From Candidatus Woesearchaeota archaeon (GTDB lineage: Archaea > Nanobdellota > Nanobdellia > Woesearchaeales > JABIAG01): a stretch of 64,000 nucleotides of DNA. A model generated the notes under the pieces. The model saw only the letters and a list, made by a program, of their open reading frames with translations. It made no database searches and was not told the DNA's origin. This document shows positions 49,923-59,193 of this stretch, piece after piece. Where the stretch lies: contig JABIAG010000003.1 of the NCBI GenBank assembly GCA_018653365.1, forward strand, positions 158,830 through 222,829. Direction: 5' to 3'. The stretch's first letter is position 1, and every line of letters begins with the position of its first letter. The position numbers were made by a program, and so were the translations under genes.

Positions 49923-50534
49923 ATGAGTAAATTGCGAGCTTTTCGAAAAAAACTTACTTTGAGCATTATTGTCTTTGTAATTATCTACACATTTTATTTG
50001 AGGTGGGAGTGGTTGATCGAGAATGTATCTTTTCTTAATTCATTATACTCTTTTGTTTTTGATCATTTTATTGAAAAAACTTTGATGGGAATGTTTCTTT
50101 CTAGTATGATTGGGGGCATTTTTATCATTTTTCTTCCTATTGAATTCCAATTTGCTTATTATTTCTCTTCTCAGCATCCTCTGATTCTAGTTATTGCTGT
50201 TTTGTTAGTTGGGAACGTTATTGGATTGTCTATTGATTATTTGATTGGTAGATTGTTTGGTGAACGGCTTGCAAGAAAGCTTTTGAAAAAGAAGTATGAC
50301 AAGTTCCTGAATAGAATGCAGGGTAAGCTTGGTTCTTTTTTGATCTTCTTTGGTAACATTATCGTATTTCCAATAGAGCTATTTTCTGTTGCGGTTGGTG
50401 CTGCTAAGTATCCTTATAAGAAATTTTTAATTTATACTGTTCTGGGCAAGATCATTAAATTTGCACTAATGGCATATTTGATGATAGAGTTCGGATTGAG
50501 TCTAAATTTGGCATTTTTATTGAGTTGGATTTAA
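49923..50534 (+). CDS. VTT/DedA-family membrane protein
   Basis: LP.E, GN..G..IDY.IGR, P.E......G....PY.KF.....GK..K. Confidence 0.75.
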   Translation: MSKLRAFRKKLTLSIIVFVIIYTFYLRWEWLIENVSFLNSLYSFVFDHFIEKTLMGMFLSSMIGGIFIIFLPIEFQFAYYFSSQHPLILVIAVLLVGNVIGLSIDYLIGRLFGERLARKLLKKKYDKFLNRMQGKLGSFLIFFGNIIVFPIELFSVAVGAAKYPYKKFLIYTVLGKIIKFALMAYLMIEFGLSLNLAFLLSWI

Positions 50535-50536
50535 TC

Positions 50537-51379
50537 TCAAATTAATCCTGATAAGCCGATTATTTGTGTGTATAATCCTGAATTTATAAGAACATATTGT
50601 TCAATAAATACCGCAATTACTAAGGTTACTATTGCTATAACAAGGATGGTTATGGCGTTTCGTATTAGTACAATCTTTTTGTTAGCTTTTTTTTCTGATA
50701 TTACACTTCGCGACACTACCCCTCCAGATATTGCTGAAAAGATATATGATAGTCCCTCTAATAATGTGTGGGGTAGCACTATTACTAGTATTATTCCGAA
50801 TATTATGAACGGGTTAAGTGCACCGGCTAATGCAGACGTCTTTGCTAGGTTTCCAAAGATCGTTCCCCAGACTGACGCATTCCAGACTAGTAAGAAGATC
50901 CCTCCATCTCCGATAAAGAATGCCATGATAAATGCTAATCCTAAAACAACTAAGTTATGCATGAAGAGTGCTCCAAATAGTCCTGAGTTGAATGTTCCTG
51001 CTCCTCCAACGGATGAGTATAGTACGCCTATTTGGCTCTGGAATAAGGCATTTGTTGCCAAAGAAGGTAACATCACGCTAAATAAGCTAAAGCCAATCAT
51101 AACACCCAAGAAAATGAGTAAATAAATCATTACAAGTTTGGTATGTCTTCGTAATTTGTGGTGTTTTGTTTTGCTTAATAATCCAATCTCACTTCCGACT
51201 AAACCTTTTATTGTGGGATATAGGAGTATTGCTGTGATTGCTACTGTTACTATTGCGGGGTCTTTTTTGAATAGTATTGCTGCAATTCCAATTCCTATTA
51301 TTGAGTAGACCAATCCAAGAAAGAAAGCAATATATGGTTTTTTCTTTACTAATTCGATATTGTAAAGGCGTTCTAGCAT
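50537..51379 (-). CDS. SpoIIM-like membrane protein
   Basis: F.HNL.V, WNASVWG, LPH..LE...Y....I.GG, A.FIE. Confidence 0.8.
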   Translation of the reverse strand: MLERLYNIELVKKKPYIAFFLGLVYSIIGIGIAAILFKKDPAIVTVAITAILLYPTIKGLVGSEIGLLSKTKHHKLRRHTKLVMIYLLIFLGVMIGFSLFSVMLPSLATNALFQSQIGVLYSSVGGAGTFNSGLFGALFMHNLVVLGLAFIMAFFIGDGGIFLLVWNASVWGTIFGNLAKTSALAGALNPFIIFGIILVIVLPHTLLEGLSYIFSAISGGVVSRSVISEKKANKKIVLIRNAITILVIAIVTLVIAVFIEQYVLINSGLYTQIIGLSGLI

Positions 51380-51430
51380 GCTTAATTATAATCCATTAAG
51401 TTTATATACTTTACCTTTTTCCATGCTTAT

Positions 51431-51601
51431 ATGAGTCAAAGATTTTATAGTAAAAGAATGCTTTTGGGGCAAAAGTCCAGGGGAGATAGAGTTAGACCTA
51501 AAACTTTCAAAACCGAAGCAGACGCAAAAAAGTATGTTGCTGATAAAAAACTTACTGCAAAGGTTGAACTTAGGGGCAAGAAGTTTGCTGTAGTTCAATA
51601 A
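51431..51601 (+). CDS. small basic protein (56 aa), not in ORF track
   Basis: MSQRFYSKRMLLGQKSRGDRVRPKTFKTEADAKKYVADKKLTAKVELRGKKFAVVQ; TATA TTTATATA ~30 nt upstream; T-ending codons like other + genes. Confidence 0.65.
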   Translation: MSQRFYSKRMLLGQKSRGDRVRPKTFKTEADAKKYVADKKLTAKVELRGKKFAVVQ

Positions 51602-51663
51602 TTTATTACAGCTTTGCTGTGATGACCAAAAACTTAATAGCAAATTTAAGTTTTTGATTCTCG

Positions 51664-52785
51664 ATGTTCAAATTAGTTAAAAAGAATGGAAAGGCACGTT
51701 TGGGTCAGCTTATTACAAAGTCTGGTACAGTTGAAACTCCTTTTTTTATGCCTGTTGCAACTAAACTTTCTGTTAAACAGTTTTCTACTCTTGATCTGAA
51801 AGAGATTGGGAATACTGCAATAATTTCTAATGCTTTTGTTCTTTATCTCCGGCCTGGCGATAAGATGATTAAAAAGTTGGGTGGGATAAAGAAGATGATA
51901 AATTATTCAGGAATTAACTTTACCGATTCTGGTGGATTTCAAATGTATAGTAAGGCATTTCTAATTAGCACATCTGATGAAGGGGTACTTTTTAAAAGTC
52001 CTTTTGATGGTACTCGACATTTTGTTACTCCTGAAAAAGATATGGAGATTCAGTTGAATATAAATTCAGATGTTGCAATGTGTCTGGATGTCATGCCTAA
52101 CTTCCATGACGTAAAAAAAGATGAGATTGAGGAAGCTGTTAGAAAAACTACTTTGTGGGCTAAACGTTGTAAACAACATCATGATAAACTTCAGTCAAAA
52201 CTAAAACCAAACAATAAACAATTACTTTTTGGAATTTCTCAGGGGGGGATTCATCCAGATTTGAGAAAGAAATCCATAACTCAACTCACAAAACTAGATT
52301 TTGATGGTTATTCTGTTGGTGGTTTGGGTATGGGTGAACCTAAGAAGGATCAGGCTAAAATGGTAACATTACAAAGAAAAGTAATGCCTGAAGACAAACC
52401 ACTTTATTTAATGGGTATTGGCAGTCCGGTTGAGATCATAGAGGCAGTTAGTCGAGGTGCAGATATTTTTGATTCACGTTTTCCAACTCAGAATGCGCGT
52501 AGAGGAACTATTTTTACTTCTGAAGGCTTACTTCGATTAAAAAGAAAGGCACATGAACTAGATCAACTTCCCTTGGATCCAAATTGTGATTGTCTTATTT
52601 GTAAAACTTATACGCGAGCCTATTTAAGATATTTAATTATGCAGAAGGAGGGTAATGGTTACCGTTTAGTAACTTATCATAATCTTTACTATCTGATGCG
52701 TTTAATGGAACGTATAAGGCAATCAGTTAAGGATAAAACCTTCTCTAAATTAAAAAAAGAAATTCTTAAAACATACAAAGAATAA
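51664..52785 (+). CDS. tgt: tRNA-guanine transglycosylase, bacterial-type length
   Basis: ETP.FMPVAT, TDSGGFQ, GI.QGG, YLMG.G, D.FD...PT..AR.G, CDCLIC...HN zinc site; no PUA extension. Confidence 0.92.
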   Translation: MFKLVKKNGKARLGQLITKSGTVETPFFMPVATKLSVKQFSTLDLKEIGNTAIISNAFVLYLRPGDKMIKKLGGIKKMINYSGINFTDSGGFQMYSKAFLISTSDEGVLFKSPFDGTRHFVTPEKDMEIQLNINSDVAMCLDVMPNFHDVKKDEIEEAVRKTTLWAKRCKQHHDKLQSKLKPNNKQLLFGISQGGIHPDLRKKSITQLTKLDFDGYSVGGLGMGEPKKDQAKMVTLQRKVMPEDKPLYLMGIGSPVEIIEAVSRGADIFDSRFPTQNARRGTIFTSEGLLRLKRKAHELDQLPLDPNCDCLICKTYTRAYLRYLIMQKEGNGYRLVTYHNLYYLMRLMERIRQSVKDKTFSKLKKEILKTYKE

Positions 52786-52824
52786 AACACATAATTTATA
52801 TACTACTCTTCTAATTAAAATAAT

Positions 52825-54195
52825 ATGAAACTAAAGTTTTTTGGTGCTGCAGGTATTGTTACAGGTAGCTGTCACATGCTTAAGTTCAACAATAAAAAAA
52901 TTCTAGTGGACTGTGGGATGTTTCAGGGAAGAAAGCAAACCTCTATGTTAAATTATGAACCGTTTAAGTTTGATCCAAAAGAGATTGATGCGGTTTTCTT
53001 AACTCATGCTCATATTGATCATTCAGGTTTAATACCAAAACTCTACAAGCACGGTTATAGAAATAAGATTTACTGTACTGCTGCAACTAAAGACCTTTGT
53101 AGAATTATGTTGGAAGACTCTGCAGGCATTCAAGAATTTGAAAACAAGTGGGATAATAAGAGACTCAAAAAACAAGGAAAACCTCTTAGACAGCCGTTAT
53201 ATTCTGTTGCTGATGCTAAGAAGTGTATGAAACTTTTCAAAGGAATTCAATATAACGAACTAATAAAAGTGTTTGATGATTTAGAGGTTGTTTTTCGTGA
53301 TGCTGGCCATATCATGGGCAGTGCAATTGTAGAAGCGTTTGTTCTAGAAGACAAACCAAAAAAGATTATTTTTTCTGGTGATTTGGGTCAGTGGAATGCT
53401 CCAATTATTGATGATCCAACCTGTCTAAAAACTGCTGATTTTGTTGTGTGTGAATCTACTTATGGTGGAAGAACTCATGAACCTATGAAGAAGCGTGACC
53501 AGATCTTAATTGATTTAATTAAAACAACCTACAAGAATGGTGGAAAGCTTCTAATCCCCAGTTTTGCTATTGAGAGAACTCAGGAACTAATCTACACTCT
53601 TAACCGGATTGCAGAAAAAAATCTTATTCCTAAAATTCCCATTTTTGTTGATTCACCTTTAGCAATTAAGGCAACTAAAATTTTTCAACAACACACTGAA
53701 AATTATGATGATGAAGCCGTTAATCTGTTAGCAGAAGGAGATAACCCTTTTGAATTTCCCAATCTTACTTACACTCTTAAAACTGAAGAGTCTAAGGCTC
53801 TTAATGAGATGGCAGAGCCTGCTGTGATCATTGCCTCTTCTGGTATGTGTACTGGTGGTAGAATTAAACATCATTTAAAGAATCACATGGGCAAACCTAA
53901 TACTACTATTTTCTTTATTGGTTTTCAAGCGCAAGGAACTCTTGGTAGAAGAATTCGTGATGGTACTAAGTTCGTTAAAATTTATGGTAAGTCTTACAAG
54001 ATTAATGCTAAGATTGTTGATGTGGAAGGATTCTCTTCTCACGCAGATCAACCCCAATTAATGAAATGGCTTAATTGTTTTCAGACAAAACCAAAATTAT
54101 TCATTGTACATGGGGAACCTGATGAGCAAGCAGCCCTAAAAAAAGCCTACAAGTCAGGCCATATTGCTAAGTTATGGGAAGAAGTCGAGCTTTAA
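52825..54195 (+). CDS. MBL-fold beta-CASP ribonuclease
   Basis: VTGSCH, LTHAHIDHSG, AGHIMGS, FSGDLG, ESTYG, SSHAD, VHGE. Confidence 0.92.
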   Translation: MKLKFFGAAGIVTGSCHMLKFNNKKILVDCGMFQGRKQTSMLNYEPFKFDPKEIDAVFLTHAHIDHSGLIPKLYKHGYRNKIYCTAATKDLCRIMLEDSAGIQEFENKWDNKRLKKQGKPLRQPLYSVADAKKCMKLFKGIQYNELIKVFDDLEVVFRDAGHIMGSAIVEAFVLEDKPKKIIFSGDLGQWNAPIIDDPTCLKTADFVVCESTYGGRTHEPMKKRDQILIDLIKTTYKNGGKLLIPSFAIERTQELIYTLNRIAEKNLIPKIPIFVDSPLAIKATKIFQQHTENYDDEAVNLLAEGDNPFEFPNLTYTLKTEESKALNEMAEPAVIIASSGMCTGGRIKHHLKNHMGKPNTTIFFIGFQAQGTLGRRIRDGTKFVKIYGKSYKINAKIVDVEGFSSHADQPQLMKWLNCFQTKPKLFIVHGEPDEQAALKKAYKSGHIAKLWEEVEL

Positions 54196-54235
54196 TATCC
54201 AAACCTTTTTTAATGAAATTCTTTTTTTCTTATTT

Positions 54236-55201
54236 ATGATCGAAACAGAAGTAATCATCATCGGCGGAGGCCCTGCAGGTTCTAGTTGTGCGTGGAAGTT
54301 AGTTGAAAAGGGCATTGATTGTATTATCTTAGATAAATCCATTTTCCCCCGTCCTAAACTTTGTGCGGGTTGGATCACTTCTAAGGTCGTTAAACTGCTT
54401 AAGATCGAAGATTATCCTGGTTTGGATAAGTTGAATCACTTTATTGTTAATGTGTGGAAATTAAAGATGAAGTTTAAAACCGATCAGTTTTCAATTCGTC
54501 GTTTTAAGTTTGATGAGTTTCTTTTAAAACGCTCTAAAGCCAAATTGGTACAACACTCTGTTTTGGAAATAAAAAAAGAGAATGGTTTTTTCTTAGTTGA
54601 CAATAAGTTTAAGTGTAAGTATTTAGTTGGTGCTGGAGGAACAAATTGTCCGGTATACGCGGCTTTCTTTAAAGAGAGTAATCCGCGTGATCAGAATTAT
54701 TCTGTTGTTGCGCTTGAACAAGAATTAAAATACGAAGAACGCGATGATAAGTGCCATATTTGGTTTTTTCAAAATAAGCTTCCGGGTTATTCTTGGTATG
54801 TTCCTAAACAAAACGGTTTTGTTAATTTAGGTATTGGAGGAAAGTCTCGAGTCCTAAAAAAGAAAGGGGCATCTATTACTGATTGTTGGGATGGTTTCAT
54901 TTCTAATCTTAAAGAAAAAGGACTGATTAAAAATTTAGAACTAAATCCCCAAGGTTATGTTTATTATTTAAGAAATGAAGTTAAAACGTGCCAAATTGAT
55001 AACTGTTTTATCGTTGGTGATGCAGTGGGTCTTGCTACCCAAGATTTGGGGGAAGGTATTGGTCCTGCTATTGAGTCGGGTTTGCTTGTTGCAGATTCAA
55101 TAATTAATCACGTTCCGTATTCTATTGATTCAATTTCAGAACTAAGTATTAATAATTGGTTCTTTATATTTTTACGTTACTTTTCTAGACTTTTTCGTTA
55201 A
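54236..55201 (+). CDS. geranylgeranyl-reductase-like FAD oxidoreductase
   Basis: IIGGGPAGS, FPR.KLCAG, GYSWYVPK, VGDA.GLA..DLGEGIGPA. Confidence 0.82.
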   Translation: MIETEVIIIGGGPAGSSCAWKLVEKGIDCIILDKSIFPRPKLCAGWITSKVVKLLKIEDYPGLDKLNHFIVNVWKLKMKFKTDQFSIRRFKFDEFLLKRSKAKLVQHSVLEIKKENGFFLVDNKFKCKYLVGAGGTNCPVYAAFFKESNPRDQNYSVVALEQELKYEERDDKCHIWFFQNKLPGYSWYVPKQNGFVNLGIGGKSRVLKKKGASITDCWDGFISNLKEKGLIKNLELNPQGYVYYLRNEVKTCQIDNCFIVGDAVGLATQDLGEGIGPAIESGLLVADSIINHVPYSIDSISELSINNWFFIFLRYFSRLFR

Positions 55202-55204
55202 GAA

Positions 55205-56320
55205 TTATCTTTCAGATTCGTATCCACCTAGGATCCCCTCTTTTGATAGTACTATCTGCCATAATTCAAGTCGTCTTGTTCTGAAGTTTCCTGCGCAAGC
55301 AAGAAGGTAATATCTCCACATTCTATAAAACCTTTCACCGTATTCTTCTTTATGTTTGTGCCAGTTTTCTTCAAAGCGTTCCCACCAGGCGTAAGTAGTT
55401 TTACTATAATCTGCACCAAAATTATGCCAGTCTTCCATGATTAATTTGTTATTAAATGCAGGTGCTAGTTCTTTTAATGAGGGGATGTAGCCTTCTGGAA
55501 AGATGTATTTTTTTATCCATTGGTCTCCTCCAGTTTCGAACTTAACATCTCTTCCTATTGTATGAAGTAAGAATAATCCTCTTTTTTTAAGGCATTTTCT
55601 TGCGAGTTCAATAAATTTTCCATAATTTTTTGGTCCAACATGTTCACACATTCCTATTGATGCTATCTTGTCATATTGGCCTTTTGCGTCTCTGTAATCT
55701 GATTGAATTATTTCTACAGGGAGTCCTTTGCAGATTTCTCTTGCATATTTTACTTGTTCTGCTGAGATGTTGTAGGATGTTACGTGGACACCGTAATTTT
55801 CTGAAGCATATTTTGCAAATCCTCCCCAACCTCCTCCAAGTTCAAGTACTCTTTCTCCTTTCTTTAACTTAAGTTTTCTGCAAATGAGGTCGAGTTTATT
55901 TTTTTGGGCTTCTTCTAAATTGTCAGTATTCTTGTAATAAGCACAGGTGTATTGCATTCTTTTGTCGAGCATATCTTTATAGAAATCATTTCCTAAATCA
56001 TAATGTACTTCTGCTACTTTTTTTGATCTTTTTTTTGTTTGGGCATTAAGAAGCATAGACTTGAGTACTGGGAAAATTAGTGACACTGGTTTTACTTTTC
56101 GATCCAATCTTGCGGTGAGTAGTTTTTCAAAGAATACATCTAACTTTTCACAGTCCCACCAGCCATCCATATAAGCTTCACCAAGCCCAATTGAACCTTT
56201 GGCCAATGCTCGTGCATAAAGTTTCTGATTGTGAACAGTTATGTCGCCATCTCTATCACCATTTATTCTTATGTCGGCTAATTTTAAGAGATTTGTTAAT
56301 ATTTTTTTTGCATCAGACAT
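55205..56320 (-). CDS. cfa: cyclopropane-fatty-acyl-phospholipid synthase
   Basis: GLGEAYMDGWW, HYDLGND, MQYTCAY, LE.AQ..KLDLIC.KL, S.GM.EHVG.KNY, WI.KYIFP.G, RMWRYYL.ACAG.FR.R..LWQ. Confidence 0.92.
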   Translation of the reverse strand: MSDAKKILTNLLKLADIRINGDRDGDITVHNQKLYARALAKGSIGLGEAYMDGWWDCEKLDVFFEKLLTARLDRKVKPVSLIFPVLKSMLLNAQTKKRSKKVAEVHYDLGNDFYKDMLDKRMQYTCAYYKNTDNLEEAQKNKLDLICRKLKLKKGERVLELGGGWGGFAKYASENYGVHVTSYNISAEQVKYAREICKGLPVEIIQSDYRDAKGQYDKIASIGMCEHVGPKNYGKFIELARKCLKKRGLFLLHTIGRDVKFETGGDQWIKKYIFPEGYIPSLKELAPAFNNKLIMEDWHNFGADYSKTTYAWWERFEENWHKHKEEYGERFYRMWRYYLLACAGNFRTRRLELWQIVLSKEGILGGYESER

Positions 56321-56363
56321 TTTAATTAATGAATTATTCGGTCTATTTAAAAAATTTATGATA

Positions 56364-57539
56364 TTAGAATAGTCCTTTTAGCCAGGGAAAGATCAAACTA
56401 AACAATAATAACAATAAGATTATCATTGAGATAAATATCCATCTCTTGTTCGCTTTGGTCTTATTTTTGTATAATTTTTCTGATGCCGTTTTCACCATTC
56501 TTCCGCCATCGATTGGTCCAATAGGAAGTAAGTTAGCTAGTCCAATAAAAAAGCTTAATAGTCCGATCCATTTTAGTAATCCTCTTACCCAGGCATACAC
56601 ACCATATCCAATTTTATTGACGCCTTCTTTGACTTTTAGCTCATTTTTAATATTGCTTATCCCAATAAATGCTTTTTTTGTATCTGGACTCTCAGTTGTT
56701 ATTAATGTATATTCTTGCTCTTCATCCCCTAATGTGATTGCATCTCCAACCTTCACAAAGTTCATGTTATCTATGAATTGCTGTACTGTGTTTACTTGTT
56801 CACCGTTCATTTTACTTACAACTATGCCTTCAGGTAACACTGCGGAAGGATATCCCTCGAGTTTATCAAACGTGAATCCGTTTGGTTCTGTTAATGCATT
56901 ATCAGTTGGTGCAAATACAAACATGAATAGTAAAAGGATGATTAATGCGGTTAGTATGTTAGCAAAGGGTCCTGCGGCAAATATTGAGTATTGAACAACA
57001 TCCGTTTGTTTATTCATCTCTTTTTCTTCAGGTTCTACAAATGCTAGTGGGATTAGTGGAACAATGATTGCAAAGAAGCCAAGTCCTGAGTTTTTAATTT
57101 TTACACCGTGTGCTTTTGCCACAATTCCATGAGCAAATTCGTGTATTACTACTAAAACAAACAATGCAATAATCCAGTACCAGAATGGTAGAAATCCAAT
57201 TCCTGGAATTGTTGTTTGTGGTAAGACTAATGCAACTCCTGCTTGTGTTGCTGGTTTGATTAACGCAACTACCGCTGCTTGTATTATGCTCACTACAATA
57301 ACGACCATGCCTATGAATCCAATTCCAATTCCTATATAACCTAGTAATTTGATTAGTTCTTTATATTTTTTAGAAATCTTGTTAATGAACTTAAGTCCAA
57401 AGTTTGTTCGATACAGTCCTGCGTATAATACTGGAAAGAGCATTTTTTGCAGTTCTAACTTTTTTCTATGTCTGACAATGATTATACTTAGAACTATAAC
57501 AAAAATTATCAAAGATATCCATTGAAAGTCTAATATCAT
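56364..57539 (-). CDS. site-2 protease (M50)
   Basis: HEFAH, AFVEP, AGP.AN, NLLPIGPIDGG. Confidence 0.92.
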   Translation of the reverse strand: MILDFQWISLIIFVIVLSIIIVRHRKKLELQKMLFPVLYAGLYRTNFGLKFINKISKKYKELIKLLGYIGIGIGFIGMVVIVVSIIQAAVVALIKPATQAGVALVLPQTTIPGIGFLPFWYWIIALFVLVVIHEFAHGIVAKAHGVKIKNSGLGFFAIIVPLIPLAFVEPEEKEMNKQTDVVQYSIFAAGPFANILTALIILLLFMFVFAPTDNALTEPNGFTFDKLEGYPSAVLPEGIVVSKMNGEQVNTVQQFIDNMNFVKVGDAITLGDEEQEYTLITTESPDTKKAFIGISNIKNELKVKEGVNKIGYGVYAWVRGLLKWIGLLSFFIGLANLLPIGPIDGGRMVKTASEKLYKNKTKANKRWIFISMIILLLLLFSLIFPWLKGLF

Positions 57540-57567
57540 ATTTTTTTAACTAAATTAGAAGTATAAA

Positions 57568-57661
57568 AATGTTTACTTTTTGTTAAATTAAAACTGTGGG
57601 CTCGACCAAAGGGAGACCCACTTCGCTTCGCATTGGCGAAAGAATGCAATGTTTACTTTTT
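57568..57661. mobile_element. 66-bp structured insert flanked by a 14-bp direct repeat (MITE/REP-like)
   Basis: AATGTTTACTTTTT at 57568 and 57648; internal hairpin GTGGG-CTC-GACCAAAGG-GAG-A-CCCAC. Confidence 0.45.
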
Positions 57662-57814
57662 CCTTGGAGAACGTAATTTTTTGGCATTACACTTTCTGCA
57701 TTTGATTTTTTCAGCTACTACTTTCATCGGATCTGCTTTTATTGTGCTTCCACACTTTTTGCATACATACCTTCTTGAGTAGTTTCTTGCAACTGCTTCT
57801 TCGAATTTTGCCAT
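57653..57814 (-). CDS. rpl40e: 50S ribosomal protein L40e (not in ORF track)
   Basis: MAKFEEAVARNYSRRYVCKKCGSTIKADPMKVVAEKIKCRKCNAKKLRSPRKK; two CxxC. Confidence 0.88.
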   Translation of the reverse strand: MAKFEEAVARNYSRRYVCKKCGSTIKADPMKVVAEKIKCRKCNAKKLRSPRKK

Positions 57815-57815
57815 T

Positions 57816-58211
57816 TTATTCTTTTACCTGTTTCATTACTTTATTGTCCATTATTGTCCAATAAATTATGTTTGCTCCAGATACTGCACTTTCTTTTAGT
57901 TCTTCTGGAATGTCTAAGTCGAATGTTTCGTATGTTTCAGAGTCCATTACGTTTGCTTTGTCTCCGTTTATTGATAATATTTGTGCTCCTTTCTTTCCTA
58001 CGATTGGAACATCAATGTGATCATGTCCTGGTGCTACTACAACTCTTTTTTTGCCGTCTATTAGGCCTGAACCTGTTAATCGAACTTTTGCGTGTCCGTG
58101 TTTTCCAGGTCTTGAAATTTCAACGCTAAATACTTTACACGCTGCGCCTTCAATAACAACATAATTTCCTTTTTGAAGAGTTCCTATCCCCACTGGTTTT
58201 GTTTCTCCCAT
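57816..58211 (-). CDS. eif5a: translation factor aIF5A
   Basis: SRPGKHGHAK hypusine loop, MDSETYETF. Confidence 0.95.
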   Translation of the reverse strand: MGETKPVGIGTLQKGNYVVIEGAACKVFSVEISRPGKHGHAKVRLTGSGLIDGKKRVVVAPGHDHIDVPIVGKKGAQILSINGDKANVMDSETYETFDLDIPEELKESAVSGANIIYWTIMDNKVMKQVKE

Positions 58212-58214
58212 AAC

Positions 58215-58886
58215 TTAAAGGGGAAAGAAATTCTTTATAAAGTTTTTCTTTACTTTTTTCTTTCTAACGAGCTGTTTTATCTTTGCTTCTATCTCTTGCC
58301 AGTTCTCAAATTGTTTTTCTAATGCTTTAAATTGAGTTGTGTGATAGCGTAATTGTCCATTTTTTGATTGAAACGACTCTTTTTTATGTAATAATTCGTG
58401 ATACATCACATAATCTAATATGTTAAGGTCGTCTTTTAATATTGTGCTTATTGTGATGGTGTCATTATGGTAGTTGTATGCTCCCAATTGACGTATTGAT
58501 GCCTGTCCAAACCTTAAATTTGGAAGATCCATTAATTCATTAAAGTATTTAATGTTTACACGGTCAAAGCTTTCTTTTAACATTGGATCTGTTTTGGTAA
58601 TCGGGGTGTATTTGGAGAGGTTTCTAACAAAGCTTTCATAAAGTTCTGTGTATAACGTGCTTTTCTTTTGTTTAAACATTCGCATTAGCAAGTGTTGTAT
58701 TAGTCCAATCTTGATTTCTTCACCAATATCTTTCCATTTTTTGCTTAGACCTATTTCAATGAAGTTTCCCTGTCTACGAATGTTAGCGTTAAAATCACTA
58801 AACTTTCCTGAATATTTTATTTTAGAAATATAATTAAATTCTTTTTCTGGATACAATGCAGTGAATGCTTTCTTAATAAGACTCAT
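58215..58886 (-). CDS. SprT/YgjP-like zinc metallopeptidase domain protein
   Basis: YVMYHELLH...H...F. Confidence 0.75.
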   Translation of the reverse strand: MSLIKKAFTALYPEKEFNYISKIKYSGKFSDFNANIRRQGNFIEIGLSKKWKDIGEEIKIGLIQHLLMRMFKQKKSTLYTELYESFVRNLSKYTPITKTDPMLKESFDRVNIKYFNELMDLPNLRFGQASIRQLGAYNYHNDTITISTILKDDLNILDYVMYHELLHKKESFQSKNGQLRYHTTQFKALEKQFENWQEIEAKIKQLVRKKKVKKNFIKNFFPL

Positions 58887-59140
58887 TGAATAGAAACTTT
58901 GCCTGATAAGCTTTGTCCGGGCATGCCGGTTTCAAATAGTACTCTTACTGCACCTTTGTTACCATGAACCGCGGTAATTTTACCATTTAGTTTTTTTCCA
59001 GAAGGACTTTTCCATACTACTTTCTTACCTACTAACTCTTTAGCTTTTTCTTTATCGGTTATACCCTCAGCTACAACGATCATTTGATTTGTTGTTTGAG
59101 TGTGTCTTCCGCTTCTAAAGTTAGATATTGTTCCTTCCAT
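58883..59140 (-). CDS. rpl35ae: 50S ribosomal protein L35Ae
   Basis: NFRSGRHTQ..NQ, GK.V.W.SP.GK...GKI...HGNKGAVR..F..G.PGQ. Confidence 0.93.
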   Translation of the reverse strand: MEGTISNFRSGRHTQTTNQMIVVAEGITDKEKAKELVGKKVVWKSPSGKKLNGKITAVHGNKGAVRVLFETGMPGQSLSGKVSIQ

Positions 59141-59193
59141 ACTAAGTAAGTAAAAACAAACCCTTTAAAAAGATTCTGTTTTTCTCTATATAT

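Noticed and set aside
51386-51643. - strand 85-aa ORF
   Set aside because: Overlaps the better supported + strand small protein at 51431..51601.
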